Positions 50,615-64,000 of a stretch of DNA of 64,000 nt are shown here, one piece after another (positions within the stretch are counted from its first letter, which is position 1; every line of letters begins with the position of its first letter). The position numbers were made by a program, and so were the translations under genes. The notes below the pieces were generated by a model. It was given only the letters and a program-made list of their open reading frames with translations, ran no database searches and was not told the DNA's origin. Source of the DNA: Callorhinchus milii (Eukaryota); assembly GCF_018977255.1 (NCBI RefSeq), contig NW_024704743.1, positions 10,046,001 through 10,110,000 of the forward strand, in the 5' to 3' direction.

Positions 50615-50832
50615 GGCCTCGGCTCCACCCCGCCCTCTCCTACCTCCGCTTCCGACTAAGACCCTCCTCTTTGACCGTACCTTTGGCCATGCTCCTACCC
50701 TTCCTGCCCTCCACCCTTCCTTACCCCAATTCCCCCACCCCCTAGCTCGGGTCCAAATCCCTGACTGTCCAGCGCCTTGGGACATCCTCCAGAGTGAAAG
50801 GTGCTATACAATTGTAATTTTGTATTGTAATT
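50615..50832 (+). mobile_element. L2 3' fragment, head-to-head with the full-length element
   Basis: ctctttgaccg...agcgccttgggacatcctccagagtgaaaggtgctatac tail. Confidence 0.8.
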
Positions 50833-53304
50833 GCATATCCTAACAAATCTCTTGGGTGAACAAATATTTCCTAAGTTCTTCTTTCGCTAATCTTGTGACT
50901 ATCTTAAAACTATGTTTCCGAGCCACTGATTCATCTGTCAATTGAAACAATGTCTCCCTATTCATCCTATCAAAACCCCTTATAATTTTGAGCACCTTTA
51001 TCAGGCGCCCCTCAACCTTCTCTGCTCCTAAGAAAACAGACCCAGCTTTTCCAATCTCTTATCAGAACCATAGCCTTCATCCTCAGATTCATTCTCGTAA
51101 ACCTCCTCAGCACCCCCTCAAAGTCTTCACATCTTATTCTGGAGGACTTTTATTATTATGAGCAAAGTGTGGTTGGGGGAGCTGATGAAGATGGGAACGT
51201 GGGTGAGGGGGACGGAAAGGTAACTAAAGGCATGGTCAAAAAGAAAAACGTTAAAGCAGGCTTTAAAGGTGGGAGGGGAGGGGGTTGAAAGAGCAAGGTG
51301 GAGGGTCTCTGGGATAGAGTTGTAGAGAGCAGGAGCAGAATGGCTGAAGGCTTGCCCACTGATGGTAGGCCAGCTAAATAGGAAATATGAAGCAGACCAT
51401 GTTCTTTTGTAATTTTCAGCAATTCCATGAGATTCACACTTATCTGTTTTTGTCCGGTAAATACAGCCTATTTTTAAACCTTACAAAATCTTCAGATTTT
51501 TGTCAATCTACACTTCATACCCTTGCTTTGGCTCTAACATCTTTTAGAAACATAAAACCATAGAAATCTACAACCCAACGGAGGCCATTTGGCGCATCAA
51601 ATCTGCACCAGCTAATTTTCTATTTTGTATAATATTGTCTGCAATAATAATCCTTGCATCCTTGAAATGTATTGACTGTGTATTTGTATGCAAATGCAGC
51701 AACCAATTTGCACACAACAATGCCCCAGAAATAGCTGTGAAGTGGATGACCAACAATGCCCAAATCTATCATACGATCCACTCAAAACTGCACATTATTC
51801 TCAAGCTGCCTTCAAACCAATGTCTTCTACAGATTCTACACTGTGGAATTGTGAACCTAGTTTATTAAATCTTGGTTAGATTTAAGATTTGTTGTGGCAT
51901 ATAAAGCTGTACCAATGTTTATCCAGATTAAAGTAAATATGTCATCATGTCACCATGAATTTCCTCTTCCTACATTCATTATATCTGACATGTCTGTATT
52001 ATTGTAACAAATCTTTTATTTGCTGAAAGCAAATCGCTCGGGGTTTGTTACTGAAATCCTGCAGGCATCAACAGACCCCTTTTTAGAAATACAATTTAAT
52101 ACTGATTAATAATAATTAATAATTAATAATAAGACTTACTTGTGATTAAATGAACCAGCCCATCAACTTTAATTTGATGCATTGGTTCGTTATCATTGCA
52201 ATTCAAACGAAGAATGCATACTAGATAGCAGTGAAATGATATTCGGCAATGTAATGCTGGGTTTAGTATCTAATGTGAGATCAACATTACCCATCGTTGG
52301 CACTTTGGGAAAATAATCAAGGTGTCTTACCTTGTCCTGTCTCACTTTACCACTGTGTTCAGTGATACTTCTAGCAGTGGGTATTCATAGCACTAACACT
52401 GTTCTATAGTAATACTTGCATTCGATAGAGTGCTTTATCACGTCTTCAAAAATTCTGAAAGTGCTATATCTTCTATAGAGTGTAGTGACTGTGAATGTTT
52501 TTATTAGGTAAGACACGTTGATTATTTTTCCAAATTGCCAATGATGGGTGATGTTGATCTCACATTTGATACCAAACCCAGCAATATGGAATTGATAATG
52601 ACCACCAGTGATCATTAAAAATTCCACAAATGTTTTCTTTGAATAATTATTCATCAACATTTAAAATAAATCTCCAAACTTTTTTTCTGGGAGTTTTGAC
52701 TGCCTGGTGAATAGCTGTTTGATTGGGTTATTGTACTAGAAATTACATTCTGGAATTATGACCATGGCTTGCAAAGTAATTACAAAGGAAACATTTGGAC
52801 GTTTGTTGAAGAGGAAAAGGAAGGAGCCTTTGCAAGTCATGCTTGGCTAAGGTGTATGAAGGAACTCGAGGCTCCTATTGAACTACAAAACGAACAATAA
52901 TTGTTCGTGCAACAATACGATGCACGAAGATGGACATAAGTTTAGAGTTACACAAGTAATTTCAGGATAGATATCAGGATGTTTTAGTTTACCTAGAGGA
53001 TAATTCAAACCAATTGGTTCTGCTTGTTCTGATGATGTATCATCATCTCTGTCTATCTTTGCTGAAGCAACTTCAGCTTCACATTGATAGGAAACTTTCA
53101 GTGAATAATTAATCATTCTTTTTCTGGCCAGGGTAATATATGCTCAGCTTTAGTCCTTGAATCCAGCTCCAGTCCTTGAGTCTAACATGGCAATTTGGTC
53201 CATCCTTTCTGTGCTGGTTCTTTTAAAAAAACAATCTTTTCAGTTTCATTTACCTGCCCTTTCTCCATACCCCTGTAGTTTACTTTTTTTACATATTATT
53301 TAAA

Positions 53305-53610
53305 TCCTGTAGCTCAGGGTTAGAACACTCGCTTTGCAAGCAAGAGACCTGGGTTCAATTCCCGGCAGGGTGAAACCTTGGGCAAGTTTCCTTATTCCAC
53401 ATGCCTGATAATAATCCCTCAAAAAAAACAATAATAAATTGGTCATTTCAATCCACGACTGTTTGTGGGACACTGCTGTGCGCAATTGGTTGCGCATTTT
53501 GCCCACAAATATAGAGTCAATTTACTTTACAGTCTATTCTGTGAAGCACTTTGAGACGTCTAGAAGACCTGAAAAGCACTATATCAAATGCAAGGATTAT
53601 TATTATTATT
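53305..53610 (+). mobile_element. tRNA-derived SINE, short form
   Basis: Head, core and tail closely match 6050-6355. Confidence 0.92.
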
Positions 53611-53619
53611 TAATCCCTT

Positions 53620-54110
53620 TTGCAGGTTAATATGGATTATGCCTCAACCAGTGTTCTTGCCAGGGCATTCCATATCCAAACTACTTTGTGCATGAAGAAT
53701 ATTCTCCTAACCTTTCCATTTGCTGGTTTTCTCACTATTTTGAATCAATGCTCTCTAGTTACTGACTCACCGACCAGTGGAAATTATTTCTCCATATTCA
53801 CTCTTTTAAAGACCTTTATCAGGTCACCTGAGCACTTTCTTTGTTCCAACGGAAAAAGTCCCAGTTCCTCCAGTCTGTTTTCATAGGCCAAACCACTCAT
53901 TCCGGTATCATCCAAGTAAATCTCCTCTGCACCCCTCTATTACCTTGACATCCTTCATAAAGTGGAGTGACCAAAACTGGACACAATATTCTAACTGTGG
54001 TCCAACTTTCTTGACAACTTTGTTAATGTCCCTTCTGACCTTTAAGGATTTCTGTACGCTCACACTTAGGTCACTCTGCTCTTCCACTCCTTTTAATAAT
54101 TTACCACCTA
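53620..54110 (-). mobile_element. CR1-clade LINE 3' fragment
   Basis: Minus frame EEQSDLSVSVQKSLK..PQLEYCVQFWS is the CR1 ORF2 C-terminal signature (EYCVQFW). Confidence 0.85.
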
Positions 54111-54119
54111 ACATATTCT

Positions 54120-54345
54120 TGCTTGAGCTAAGTCCTTCAGTCCAACTTGAGTCCAGCTGTAGTCTTCGAGTTCAGCACCTTTCAGGCTCTGCTTTTTGAA
54201 TCTAGCTCCAATCCTCAAGTCTAGTTCTCGTTCAGAGTTCCAGTTCTTGAGTCCAGCCCCCAAATCCTCTGGTATGATCCCAGTTTGTTCAGTCCAGATC
54301 CAGTTCGTTTAGTCCAGCAACAGTCCTAAGATCCAGCTCCAGTGT
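54120..54345. repeat. Degenerate ~19-bp tandem array (gagtccagctccagtcctt-like)
   Basis: Recurring agtccag..cagt units; 2-3 related units also occur at about 53145-53185. Confidence 0.7.
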
Positions 54346-54992
54346 TTATGAAGCTCCTAAAAATATTAAGCAGTCATGCCTATTTCCTCTCTCATTTCCT
54401 TGAGAATTCTCGGGTGGATTCCATCTGGCCCAGGTGGCTTGCAGAGATTTAATCCTTGACTTTCAGTCTCCAGTCTGTTCTGAGCAGTAAGATACTTTGG
54501 GGTTGAGATGATGTCAACTAATCATTGAGGCTTCGTTCTTGCACATTTTGATGTTATCTAAGTCTCGATATATTGCAGCCTTGTAACACACTCCAGGCAG
54601 CATACCATTTTCATTCTAACAGACTTTATAACAATAATTCTTCATTTAACATTGAAACTTCTCAAAGCATTTCATAGTTACAGTGATTGAATATTTGTAA
54701 CTAAACACAATGGCCAATTTGTACACATTATCCCACTATCAGCCATGAGATTGCTTGCCAGGACAAACAGGAGAAACCCAATGGTAGGAATCTCACCTCT
54801 AGGTCAGAAGGTTGTGTTATTCAAGTACCACGTTGGAATATTTTAGTTATAACTTTGGGCGCACATATTACTGAATGAAGCAGTGCATTGATGGAGGCCC
54901 ATCCTTTGGATGAGACATTAGACTAAGGTCCTTCTGTATGTATGCCTGTTTAAGCTTTAAAGATTGCCTGTCATTGATTGAATTGAATTGAA

Positions 54993-55407
54993 TCCCCTAC
55001 CTACCTGCCCGTACCCTCCGTTCCTCCGGCTCCGGTCTGCTCCACGTCCCCCGCCCCAATCGCCCTACCATCGGTGGTCGGGCCTTCAGCCTCTCAGCCC
55101 CTAGGCTCTGGAACTCTATCCCCCGGTGCCTTCGCCTTGCTTCCTCCCTCTCCTCCTTCAAGGCCGGTCTCAAAACCTTTCTCTTTGACCGAGCCTTCAG
55201 CTCCCCTCTCGACTCTCTTCCCCTCCTCGCTCCCTCCCTTCCCTCCCCTCACCCTGACCATTTCCCCCTCCTCGCTCCCTCCCTTCCCTCCCCTCACCCT
55301 GACCATTTCCCCCCTGCTCGGGTCATGACCCAACTGTGCAGCGCCTTGGGACGTCCTCCTGACGTGAAAGGCGCTTTATAAATGGAATCTTGTTGTTGTT
55401 GTTGTTG
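54993..55407 (+). mobile_element. Short young L2 3' end
   Basis: Near-identical to 23085-23546, with two 3' repeat units and a (TTG)n tail. Confidence 0.95.
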
Positions 55408-56601
55408 AATTGAACACACAGCATATCTACCCCCACCCTCTGGAACAACAACAACAAACAACATTTATATAGCAATTTATATAACCATCCCTTTGACTCA
55501 TCCTTTCCCTTGCCTCCTTTAAGATTCTCGTCAAGACCTTTCTCTTTGATTGCGTTTTCAGCCATCTTTCCTTCCTCATCACCTTCCTGAACTTCTCCAC
55601 CACCCACAGCTTGGGTGCAAACCTTAGACTGTCAGTGTCTTGGGATGTCTCCCTGATGTAAAAGGTGCTATATAAATGTAAATATTTGTATTGTGTATTT
55701 TATTGTCTCATCCAAAGTATAGCACCTCCAACAATGAAGACTGACACTAACCTCTAACAGCTGTGTCAGCCTAGATTATGTGAATTCAAAGTCCCAAATG
55801 ACAACTCTTGTATAACATAATACATTATGGTTAATAGTTAATTATTCTATGCACAGGCCTCTTTGCAAAACTGCACTTGTTAGTATTTGCAACAAGCTTC
55901 TTCTCCATTGCCTTGTCCATGCAAAAGTGCAGAGACATTGGGATTCAAACTTGCTACTTCTGCATTTACCTCCTCCAATGGTAAATGAACAAAGAATTTG
56001 GGTCAGAGTGTAACGGAAGAGGGTGAGGCTGGAACGTATCCAAAAGAAGATGTTCTGCATTGTTTATATCTGAGTGAATCCAAATTAACAGCTCTCTGTA
56101 AATGCGTCTATTGTTTCAGGAGCCAAGATTTTGTGGCTTATTTTGAAGCAGGAGCAGAGTCAAGATTTCTATATGGTAGAGGGTAAAGACTCAGAGCAGA
56201 GAGGCTTGTAAGCCAATATCGCATAATACATCAGTGACGGCTAGGATACTGGGTGGGGGAACTTGATATTTGGCAAGATGTTTTAAGGGGGCCATGTTGA
56301 CTTCATCCTATCATATAATATCTGAACTGTATGACAGGACCAGGTACAGAATGGAGCACTGTTGGAGGGACGTGTTTCAGATGAGGACACAGGCTGCAAA
56401 GTTCTGGATGATCTGCAGCTTGTGTAGGGAGGAGTTAGGGAGTCTGGTAAGCAGGACATTGGAATAATTGAACCATGAACTAATGATGTTTGCAGGTAAC
56501 AATGTCAAATGTTGGGGATTATTTAATTTGCATAGCTTTTGGTTCTTGTTCATCTGAAAGACAGCACCTCTGATAATATCACTTTGGGAGTCAGTCCAGA
56601 C

Positions 56602-57059
56602 CAGTGTTTCTCAAATGCGGTCACCCATGTCATCTTCTGTGGCCACACCAGTCCCCCAGGCCCCCCACACTGTGTGCAGCTGCAATTGGCCAGCTCAACA
56701 GCAAGACAGTCACTCGTAACCACCAAACAGATTACAATTGTCTGTACCGGCAATTCCTTAATGATTATGTTTGATTGTTTATGTACATCACAAATGCTGC
56801 GCAAGGTTTGGTGAAATGAGTGGTGCTGAACTCAAAGACTACAGCTGGACTCAAGTTGGACTGAAGGACTGAGCTCAAGCAAGAATATGTTAGGTGGTAA
56901 ATGTACAGCAATCAATGAAAAGCATTTCAGATGTGCATATTTCCTTTATTTGTCATATCATTCATTAAGTATTTTTAGGAAGAACTAGCACTGCAGCCAC
57001 CAGTAAGTGTTGGTGGCTGCAAACTGAGGCCATCAAAAAAAATTGTTTGTGAACCACTA
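56602..57059. mobile_element. hAT/Charlie-like MITE remnant
   Basis: TIR-like ends CAGTGTTTCTCAAA and reverse-complement TAGTGGTTCACAAA. The left flank GTCCAGAC fits the hAT target preference; the right TSD is not preserved. Confidence 0.5.
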
Positions 57060-57068
57060 GCGGAGGTT

Positions 57069-57426
57069 ATAATAATCTTTGCATGATATAGAGCCTTATC
57101 ACATCGTTGAGATGTCTCAAAATGCTTCACAGAATATACTGTAGAGTGGACTTACTGTTTTTTGGAGCGAATTGCGGCAACCAATTAAACACAGCAGTGT
57201 CCCACAAACATTCGTAGATTGAGTGACCAAATTATTTATTTGTTATGGAAGGAATTATTACCCCTGGAACACAATCGACAAACGACCGGGTTCCTACTTA
57301 CTGCTAGGTAAACAGAGTTGTATGGAGTAAGGAAAGTTGCCTAATGTTTCGCCCTGCTGGGCATCAAACCTGGGTCCTCTCGCTTGTGAGGCAAGTGCTC
57401 TAACCAATACAGTACAGGACTCCACT
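57069..57426 (-). mobile_element. tRNA-derived SINE, long form
   Basis: Head (CAC in the anticodon-like loop), internal block and tail. Confidence 0.88.
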
Positions 57427-59639
57427 GAGTGAAGTACGAGAGAGAGATTAGAGCTTTACCTGAAACTCTATTTGTGAGTATCCTCAAATCGTTCTTTCCC
57501 TCACCTTGTTCGGCATGTGGAGTAAGGAGATTTGCCTAAGGTTTCACCCCGCCTGGGAATCGAACCCAGGTCCTCTCGCTTGAGTCCCAAACCGTTGTGG
57601 TGGTTTCAGTAATTTAGTTCTAAGACAAGTGAATCCGTAGTACTCCTGGCCCCTGCTGATGACAGACCAGCCAACCTGATTGACAGGACATGGAAGGGCA
57701 GACTAGTCACAGGAGTCAGAGATTCTTCCCATTCAGCTCCTGTTAAGCCTGGTAGCCAAAGTCCTAACAAGAAGGTAGTCCGAGCTGGACAAGCAGGGAG
57801 GAGCTTGCCAGAAAATGATAAATTTGTAACTAATCAGAACTCTGAACCCATAAGACTTGACATTATGCATTGATCACCCAGGGTATATTGACCATGACAC
57901 ATAATAATAATAATAATCCTTGGATTTGTATAGCACCCTTCACATTGGAAGGACATCTCAAAGCACTTCAGAGGACTTACTTTGAAATGGTGTGCTGTTT
58001 ATTTGTGTGAGAACTCGACAGGTAATTTGCGCAAAGCAATGTCCCACAAATAGCCATGAATATTATTTGGGGGAATTGTTGGCTATGACACCGGGAGAAA
58101 CTCTCTTTTCAAATGATGCTATGGGATCTTTAACATCTACCTGAACAGATGTGACTCGGTTTAATGTCTCCTTCGAAGGATGGCATTTCCAATAATGTAA
58201 CATACTCCTGCACTGCATTTGAGTGTCAGATTAGACTTTGTGAGTTCAAGTACCAATGTGGGGCTTGAACATCTAACCTTCTGATTCAGAGGTGAGATTG
58301 TTACCACTGGGCCAGTGGTAAGAGTTGAGCCAGAAGAGAAAGAATAGCTCACTTACTGCAAGCTATACACTATATTAAAAGAGATGACCAGCAATGGTCT
58401 CCTCAGCTCCACCATTCATAAGATATAACCCATTCAAACTCCATTGCTCACATCCTCACCTGTACCAAACTTCACACGCCCATCACCCCAGTCTTCACCA
58501 GTCTTCAATGGCTCCTTATCTCCCAGAGGATGGATTTCAAGATCCTCACCCTCACCTACAAAGCCATTAACATCCTGCCATCCCTTTATCTTTCACTCTC
58601 ACCACTTAGCTAACTCGGGTTTGCTGCAAGACTCCACCCTCTCCACACCACCATAGCCATCAATGGCTGAGCCTTCAGTTCCTATGGTGCTAGCCTCGAG
58701 AATGCTGCCCCTCTACCACTCTATTTCAACCCCTTTCTGTCTTTAAGCCTGCTCAAATCCTACCTATCTGAATAATAATAATAATCCTTGCATTTGATAA
58801 AGCGCCTTATCACATCTTCGAGATGTTTCAAAGCGCTTCAGAGAATATACTGTAAAGTGAATTGATGGTATATTTTGTGGGCGAAATGTGCCAGCCAATT
58901 ATGGACAGCAATGTCCCACAAACAGTCATGGATTAAAGACCAATTTACTATTTTTTTTGAAGGAATGATTAGCCCCAGAAACGCGATCCACCAAACAACT
59001 AACAACTGGGAATATGTCTATGTTTCGCCCATAATATGCCCAGTCACTCCACTTTACAATATTCTGTGAAGCGCTTTGTGATAAGGCTATACCAAATGTA
59101 AGGATTATTATAATTATTAAATCGTTGTTGTAGTGATTATCTCCTGGAGGGAAATCCTTATTGACAATGACTCCAAGGCATGCCCCATGTAACATTCAAA
59201 AGGATTCGGTGTTCAGTTTACAAACCTTCCCTGAACCCCGAGGTTGGGTTATTCCCAGGTATCTGTTCTCCCGTGTAATAAAGGTAGTTAAAACCCTAAC
59301 AAAGTGAGCTTGCCAAGAAATCTCATACTTAGGAAATAAAAATATCAATTCGCAAATCTTGCCCATTTAATCATTCATTTAACCGTTCAATCTGAATCCA
59401 AAAAAAATGCACTTGAAGTGCCACTTTAGGAAAAAAAAGCTTACAAACTTTTTACATTAAAAATTATTTGCAGACAAAACATGGAATGACGTAAACTGAT
59501 GAAAGACAATATTGTGTCACTTGTACATGACTTCACGGAGGCAAAATTGGCACAAAATGCCCGACAAGCCCTTAATTCTCCGATCTCCTTCTACCTTGCA
59601 CCTCGGCTGCCCTCTCCACATCTCCTGAAACTGGAATGT

Positions 59640-60014
59640 TCCCTACCTCCCCCTACTTACTTGCCCATACCCTCCGTTCCTCTGGCTTCGGTCTGCTCCA
59701 CATCCCCTGCCCCAACCGCTCTACCATCGGTGGCCTTCAGCCCCTCAGCCCCTAGGCTCGGGAACTCCATCCCCCAGTGCCTTCGCCTTGCCTCCTCCCT
59801 TTCCTCCTTCAAGGCCAGTTTCAAGACCTTTCTCTTTGATCGTGCCTTCAGCTCCCCTCTCGACTTTCTACCCCCTCCCCGCTCCCTCTCTTCCCTCCCC
59901 TCACCCTGACCATTTCCCCCCTGCTCAGGTCCTGACCCAACTGTCCAGCTCCTTGGGACGTCCTCCCGACGTGAAAGGCGCTCTATAAATGAAATCTTGT
60001 TGTTGTTGTTGTTG
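59640..60014 (+). mobile_element. Short L2 3' end
   Basis: Same 3' region with one repeat unit, stem-loop tail and (TTG)n. Confidence 0.92.
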
Positions 60015-60107
60015 TTTTTCACCCTGTAAAAGACCACATCCTTTTTAGCAAAAACTTAAGCTTTGCACAGATGTGATGTTTTGATTTCCCAATGCTTGTT
60101 CTTGGCG

Positions 60108-60376
60108 GTATCCCGTGAGGTAGCGTAATGGTTAGAGCACTCTCCTCACAAGGGAGAGGACCAGGGTTCGATTCCTGGGTAAGGCAAATCCTTGCATGAG
60201 TTTCCTTACCCCACACACCTCTGTTTACCTAGCAGTAAGTAGGAAGCCTGTTGTTAAATCGATTGGCGGATCACTTTTCTGGGTGTAATAATCCCTTCCA
60301 AAAAAAGTTAAATAATTTGGTCACTCAATCCATGATTGTTTGTGGGACACTGCTGTGTGCACTTGGCTACTGCATC
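60108..60376 (+). mobile_element. tRNA-derived SINE, long form, 5' part (a matching tail segment lies at about 60615-60740)
   Basis: ggtagcgtaatggttagagcac..ggttcgattcc head plus the internal block. Confidence 0.82.
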
Positions 60377-62949
60377 AGTAGTGGGAACCTTGGTTTGTTT
60401 TCTTTTCTTTATCCAGTGCCCTGGGGCCATTCTATGGTCTCAAATGCTGCCCAAGTTGAAATCAACTTAAGATCAAGATTTGATTCAACAACCTTACAAT
60501 ATGTAAAGCTCAACACCTACTTTACTGGAGGAGCATGGTAAAAAAAATACAAATGAGTCAATCAATTACTTAGAAATTATACTGTACACAGAGGGATTTC
60601 ATTGGACTTGGATCTTTTCGCTCACAAATATACAGTCAATTCACTTTACAGGATATTCTGTGAAGCACTTTGAGACGTCTAGAAGACGTGAAAAGCGCTA
60701 TATCAAACGCAAAGATTATTATTATTTATTATTATTATAATACTGTAATTGGATATTTGTGTCAAAATGCAACTGAATCAGGAATATACTCGCATTTATC
60801 TCGAATGGACTTTGTTATTTCTTTTGAATTATAATAATAATAATTATAATAATAATCATTTCATTTAATATTGCACCTTATTGTGCCTTTGAGATATATT
60901 TGTAACAGTTGGATACTTAAGTTGAAGGTCCATCTCAAGACCAACTTCTTTGATTATGCGTTTGGTCATCTTTCGATACCCCACCTCACTTGGCTTCCAT
61001 CCCCAGCTTGTGTGTCCAGACCTGTACTGTTAAATGCTTTCGGGTGTCCTCTCAATGTAAAAGGCGCTATATAAGTGTAAATTTGTGTCGCATTGTAATT
61101 TGTATTGTATTGTTCTCTTGGATCATTCTATGTATGCTTTTGGTGCAATAGGTTGAATTCTGTTAACAAACAATCGATAAGAATGGGATTTTATTAAAAG
61201 TCTGGAGTAAAATCAGCAGTTTAATAATGCATTTGAATTGATCATTGCTAAATGTCACAAATGATATCCCGATTGTTTTCTTGCCTGTTCAGTTGGAATT
61301 TAAAGATCTCATGGAATTATTGGAAAAGAGAATGGAGTTTCTCCAAGATAAAATTGGTATGCATTTCATGACTGTTTGTGAAACTTTGCTGTGTGCAAAT
61401 TGGCTGCTGCATTTGCCTACAAAATACAGTGTTCACTTTACAGTGAATTCTGTGAAGTGCTTTGAGACGTCCTCCTGATGTAAAAGGTGCCATATCAAAT
61501 GTTTAGCATCATTTTGTTTAATATCTGGGTAAGTGCACATGTATTGAACCAGAAGAATTAGTCTCCAAGCACAAGAATTCCAGTGAGCCTCCCTGATTTA
61601 GAAATTCTGAATCTTGCATACCATTTATTGGCAAACTAATTATAAGCAGCTCATGACTAAACCACATATAATGGATTCATTTAAATGGAACTAACTTTTC
61701 TTATCAGAAGCTGGCCTCTCCTAATTAAACGTTTAAATGCAAATGCGAGCTGTCTTGAGCTCAACCGAGATTGTTGGATGAAGATTGTGGGCGATTGTTT
61801 ATTATTAATGCAAAGCTCTGTCCAGCTCAACTGGGCCTCAGTACACTTTACACAGAGCGAGCTGAATGCCAAGAAAATAATTCCCACAGAGCTGGGCTGA
61901 TTGTTTTACCATTAAATTAATAATAGATTACACACACATAGCTTGTCTGGAGTTTGTGTTATCATTGTGAGGTTACATATGGCTTAAAATAAACCACACA
62001 CATCACTTTACATTTTCTTTTTAACTATTGGGGGAGAATCTATTACGACTGTATTTGCATCTCATATGAAATCTAATGCTCCCCCTTTTCTTTTTTTCCT
62101 TTAATTGTTTAGAAACATTACCTGGTTTGTGAAGGCAGGCCCAGTGAACATGAGACAAATGCTCCCATAAATTCATGTGGTACAATTGCCAAACTCAACA
62201 AATTACTCTCCGAAGAGAGACTTTATTCCCCAAGGAAACAAAGACCAACTGCGAATTCATTGAAATGTTGTCCATAAAACTGAATGTTAATTTTTGCCAA
62301 CTAAGTAAGTAAAAATAGATTGTTTTTCTCACTCACAAAGAGAGACACGTAGCAGACCTAGGAAACTTGGGCAAAATTAAACTGCACCCACACCCCATTT
62401 TTGTAGTTGGCATTTGTAGGATATTCTCTGATTACAGAGCAGAAGACAAAAGCAGAAAAGGTCTCCTTTAGCTACTGAGTTCATTCCAGGATTCTGATCT
62501 TCAGTCTCCTATTTCCTCCACCTCCCAGCCCAGAGACTACCAGTTCCAACTAAATATAGAATACTATTCCACTGTAACATGTAGTGAACTAAGCCAATAT
62601 CATTACAGGTTATTAGGCAATCAGACCGCCAAAGCCTTGAGTTCCATCTTTTCACTGCCGTTTCACTGTCTTGTCAAAAATTGAAACAAGACTCACTTTG
62701 ATCCACTTGTGTATATTATGTAGAATCACACAGGTTGTTTTAAGATGCAACTCGTTCAAATAGCAACAGTAAACAGCCCAAAGTTTACTCTCAAAGTTTA
62801 TGAATTGATTGATGTCATAGTGGACTGACAGCGCCTTCATTGATAAGCTAATACTCCTCGGAATTAGGTAAGCAAGATGCATCCCTCCAGGGGTTATGAA
62901 TTATATTCACAGGACATCCTCCTGATGTGAAAGGCGCAATATAAATGTA

Positions 62950-63350
62950 AATTTAACCAGTTTGTGGAGGAGTCTTTTATGAAATACTTTGTTGAAGGTC
63001 TTTTGGAAGTCTAAATATACTATATCATATAGCTCCCCACAGTCAATTTGGGCTGTCATATCCTCACAAAGATCTATGAAATTGGTCAGTTAACACCTTC
63101 TCTCTCTGAATCCATGTTGGCTGTGAATTATTAGATTATTTTAATCTTCTACTACCTTTCTGCTGATTGACTCCATAACTTTCCTACTATTGAGGTCAGG
63201 CTAATAGGTTTATAGTTGCTTGGTTTAGTTTTGTCACTCTTCTTGAATATGGGAACAACATCTGGTTGCTTCCAATCTGTTGGAACCTCGCCATTCCTGA
63301 TTGACTATCTTATAATGTCTGTCTGTGCTGTACAAATTTCCTGCCTAAAT
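62950..63350 (-). mobile_element. CR1 RT fragment
   Basis: Minus strand reads NYKPISLTSIVGK (CR1 NYRPVSLTS motif) and YIVYLDFQKTFNKV. Confidence 0.75.
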
Positions 63351-64000
63351 ACTCTGCTGTTCATCCATCCCAGGATATTTGTTGTCTCCTTCTGTCCTTG
63401 TTTGGTCACGTACAGTCTTCCCCATCATTTTCCTTTTTATCGATTAACTGTTACCTTGGTAACATTATACACGAGAACAAGGTCCGCTTCCATGTGTATA
63501 TGGATGACATCTAATTCTATCTTTCTGCCTCTGCCTTCGACTCCAGAAACACTGCTATACACTGCTTTAAAAACTCACTTAAACTCCTATCTCTTTGACC
63601 GCCATCTCCATTTCCTTCCCAATTTAGGCCCCCACTCAGTCTTGTAAGGTGTTTTGAGATATTCACGCCCCTTGAAAGGTGCTATATAAATGCAAATTGT
63701 TGTTATTATCAAGTTCTGGCAGGCAGGATACATAAACCTGGATAAATTTTGATCTCACATATCAAATGTTACATTCTGTTGACTAAGCCGCATCAAGCAT
63801 AAACCTTTCCAATAGAGGCTGCATGTCAGACAATATGATTTGGTGGCTGAGTGACAAGTCGCCCAAGAGCAAGCGATCTGCTAGATTTGGAGCCTTTTCT
63901 GAATTCTATGTAAATCTTAATTTGTTTATATATTGATATGTACTGTATGTATTTATGGCAAAGTAATGAAAAAAACATCCACTAAATCCCAAATAGCTTC

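Noticed and set aside
52883..53116. Acidic exon-like minus ORF (also 17177-17380 and 17575-17665)
   Set aside because: No recognisable homology and cannot be chained into a gene model from sequence alone.

Overview
Repeat-dense vertebrate non-coding DNA (intron or gene desert). The repeat content suggests a cartilaginous fish, possibly a holocephalan; this is inference only. No host protein-coding gene is supportable, and every long ORF is L2/CR1/RTE LINE sequence or low complexity. Main contents: (1) many L2 LINE copies, including young 5'-truncated ones with an intact RT frame and one decayed, near full-length single-ORF element with its APE domain; (2) an abundant tRNA-headed SINE with a Deu-like core and L2-type tail; (3) older SacSINE/AmnSINE-like and LF-SINE-like relics; (4) CR1 and RTE fragments; (5) three degenerate tRNA-Cys(GCA) copies, each fused to a SINE head inside a duplicated cassette; (6) two hAT-like non-autonomous elements; (7) a 233-bp insertion with a 12-bp TSD carrying a minimal hammerhead-ribozyme motif; (8) an unclassified four-copy interspersed repeat; (9) several local inverted duplications; (10) repeat-free blocks resembling conserved enhancers. 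Family names come from recalled consensus resemblance, not database searches, and boundaries of old repeats are approximate.
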